Below, one piece after another: positions 63,260-64,000 of a stretch of 64,000 bases of DNA. Under the pieces are notes generated by a model that saw nothing but the letters and a program-made list of their open reading frames with translations, searched no databases and was not told the DNA's origin. Every line of letters begins with the position of its first letter. Positions within the stretch are counted from its first letter, which is position 1. A program made the translations under genes and the position numbers. The stretch lies in sequence record KX397371.1. One strand, written 5' to 3'.

Positions 63260-64000
63260 ATGTCATTTACATTGCGTTGGAAGAACCCAAACGTAATTGC
63301 CACGGTGGTGAACATCTACCGTGACGTCAAAGATATTTCTGTTAGTGCACTACCTGCTCCGATTGCGACGTTGTCGAACGGAGAAACCGAATGGCGTGAT
63401 ACCACCGCCGTGGGTGGGGCGACCTACTACTATTTGCTGACTGTGACCGCGAACGGTAAGACCGTGGCGACAGCGAGCCAGAAATACGTGGTGGAGGTCA
63501 AGCGCGGGATTGGTCCGATGACCATTATCCAGGGCGATGACCGTCTCGGTTTTATGGGCAATGTACCGTACGATGAGCAGTGGCAGCCTACTCAGATGCC
63601 TGCGAGCTTTCAGGCAATGTACCCGACGCTACTGACTGATCGTGTCAGCCTGAGTAAGTTTACCCGCAACGGTAAAATCCTGTACCTGCTCAATAACAGT
63701 GCCCAGTTCCTCGGACAACAGTCGTGGGCGACGTTGTATCAGGCGGGGTTGGTGTACGGGACGGATGACTTTGGGCCGGTTGGTGGCCACGGGACGTTAC
63801 CCGATACCTTGCAGGATGCAAAGATTTATCACAATGGTGATGTGTATCGGATGCGTCTTGCGCGTGGACTTACCGAAGAAGGCCAGTCACCAGCGTTTGC
63901 GTTTGACAGCAGCCTGCATTTGAAAGACCACGATGCGGTCTCTGCGCTTACCGGATTTAACGAATACAACGACCTGCTGTACAGCATGGTGGTGGATGTC
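63260..64000 (+). CDS. Virion/tail protein with FN3-like N-domain (3'-truncated; missing from ORF track)
   Basis: GAGG RBS, ATG 63260, open to the window end: MSFTLRWKNPN..IYR..TYYY, then GFMG, KF..NGKILY, SWATLYQAGLVYG, YRMRL. Confidence 0.8.
   Translation, partial: MSFTLRWKNPNVIATVVNIYRDVKDISVSALPAPIATLSNGETEWRDTTAVGGATYYYLLTVTANGKTVATASQKYVVEVKRGIGPMTIIQGDDRLGFMGNVPYDEQWQPTQMPASFQAMYPTLLTDRVSLSKFTRNGKILYLLNNSAQFLGQQSWATLYQAGLVYGTDDFGPVGGHGTLPDTLQDAKIYHNGDVYRMRLARGLTEEGQSPAFAFDSSLHLKDHDAVSALTGFNEYNDLLYSMVVDV

Noticed and set aside
1-64000. tRNA, intron/intein, homing endonuclease, reverse transcriptase/DGR, integrase
   Set aside because: No cloverleaf in intergenic gaps, no HNH/GIY-YIG/LAGLIDADG or YxDD RT motifs, and no near-identical TR/VR pair among the tail paralogues seen by eye. 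tRNAscan and HMM searches were not run.

Overview
This window is a gene-dense slice of a nucleus-forming jumbo phage genome (phiKZ-like, Chimalliviridae), most similar in layout to the enterobacterial SPN3US / Erwinia PhiEaH2 group. The family assignment comes from remembered motifs and synteny, not a database search. 1-25 kb is conserved core: virion/baseplate-region genes, DnaB-like helicase, 770-aa major capsid protein, non-virion RNAP beta subunit, portal, further virion proteins and RuvC. 25.5-53.7 kb is an accessory region with two single-domain GNAT acetyltransferases, three tandem-GNAT-fold genes around a dam methylase, a SLOG/DprA-like protein, thymidylate kinase, an XRE HTH protein, a 2OG-Fe(II) oxygenase-like protein, an HslV-like Ntn peptidase, an HslU with a much enlarged I-domain, an apparently catalytically dead prohead-protease paralogue, and a QueC-like gene overlapping a DUF488-like gene. 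53.8-64 kb holds an AmsF/WceF-like tailspike-fold EPS enzyme followed by nine tandem tail-associated paralogues with a domain swap. Eight copies of an early-promoter-like motif (TCAGATAKATATTAYCTAGG) and many intrinsic terminators, several with UUCG loops, punctuate the window. I found no tRNA, rRNA, CRISPR array, integrase or transposase by eye.
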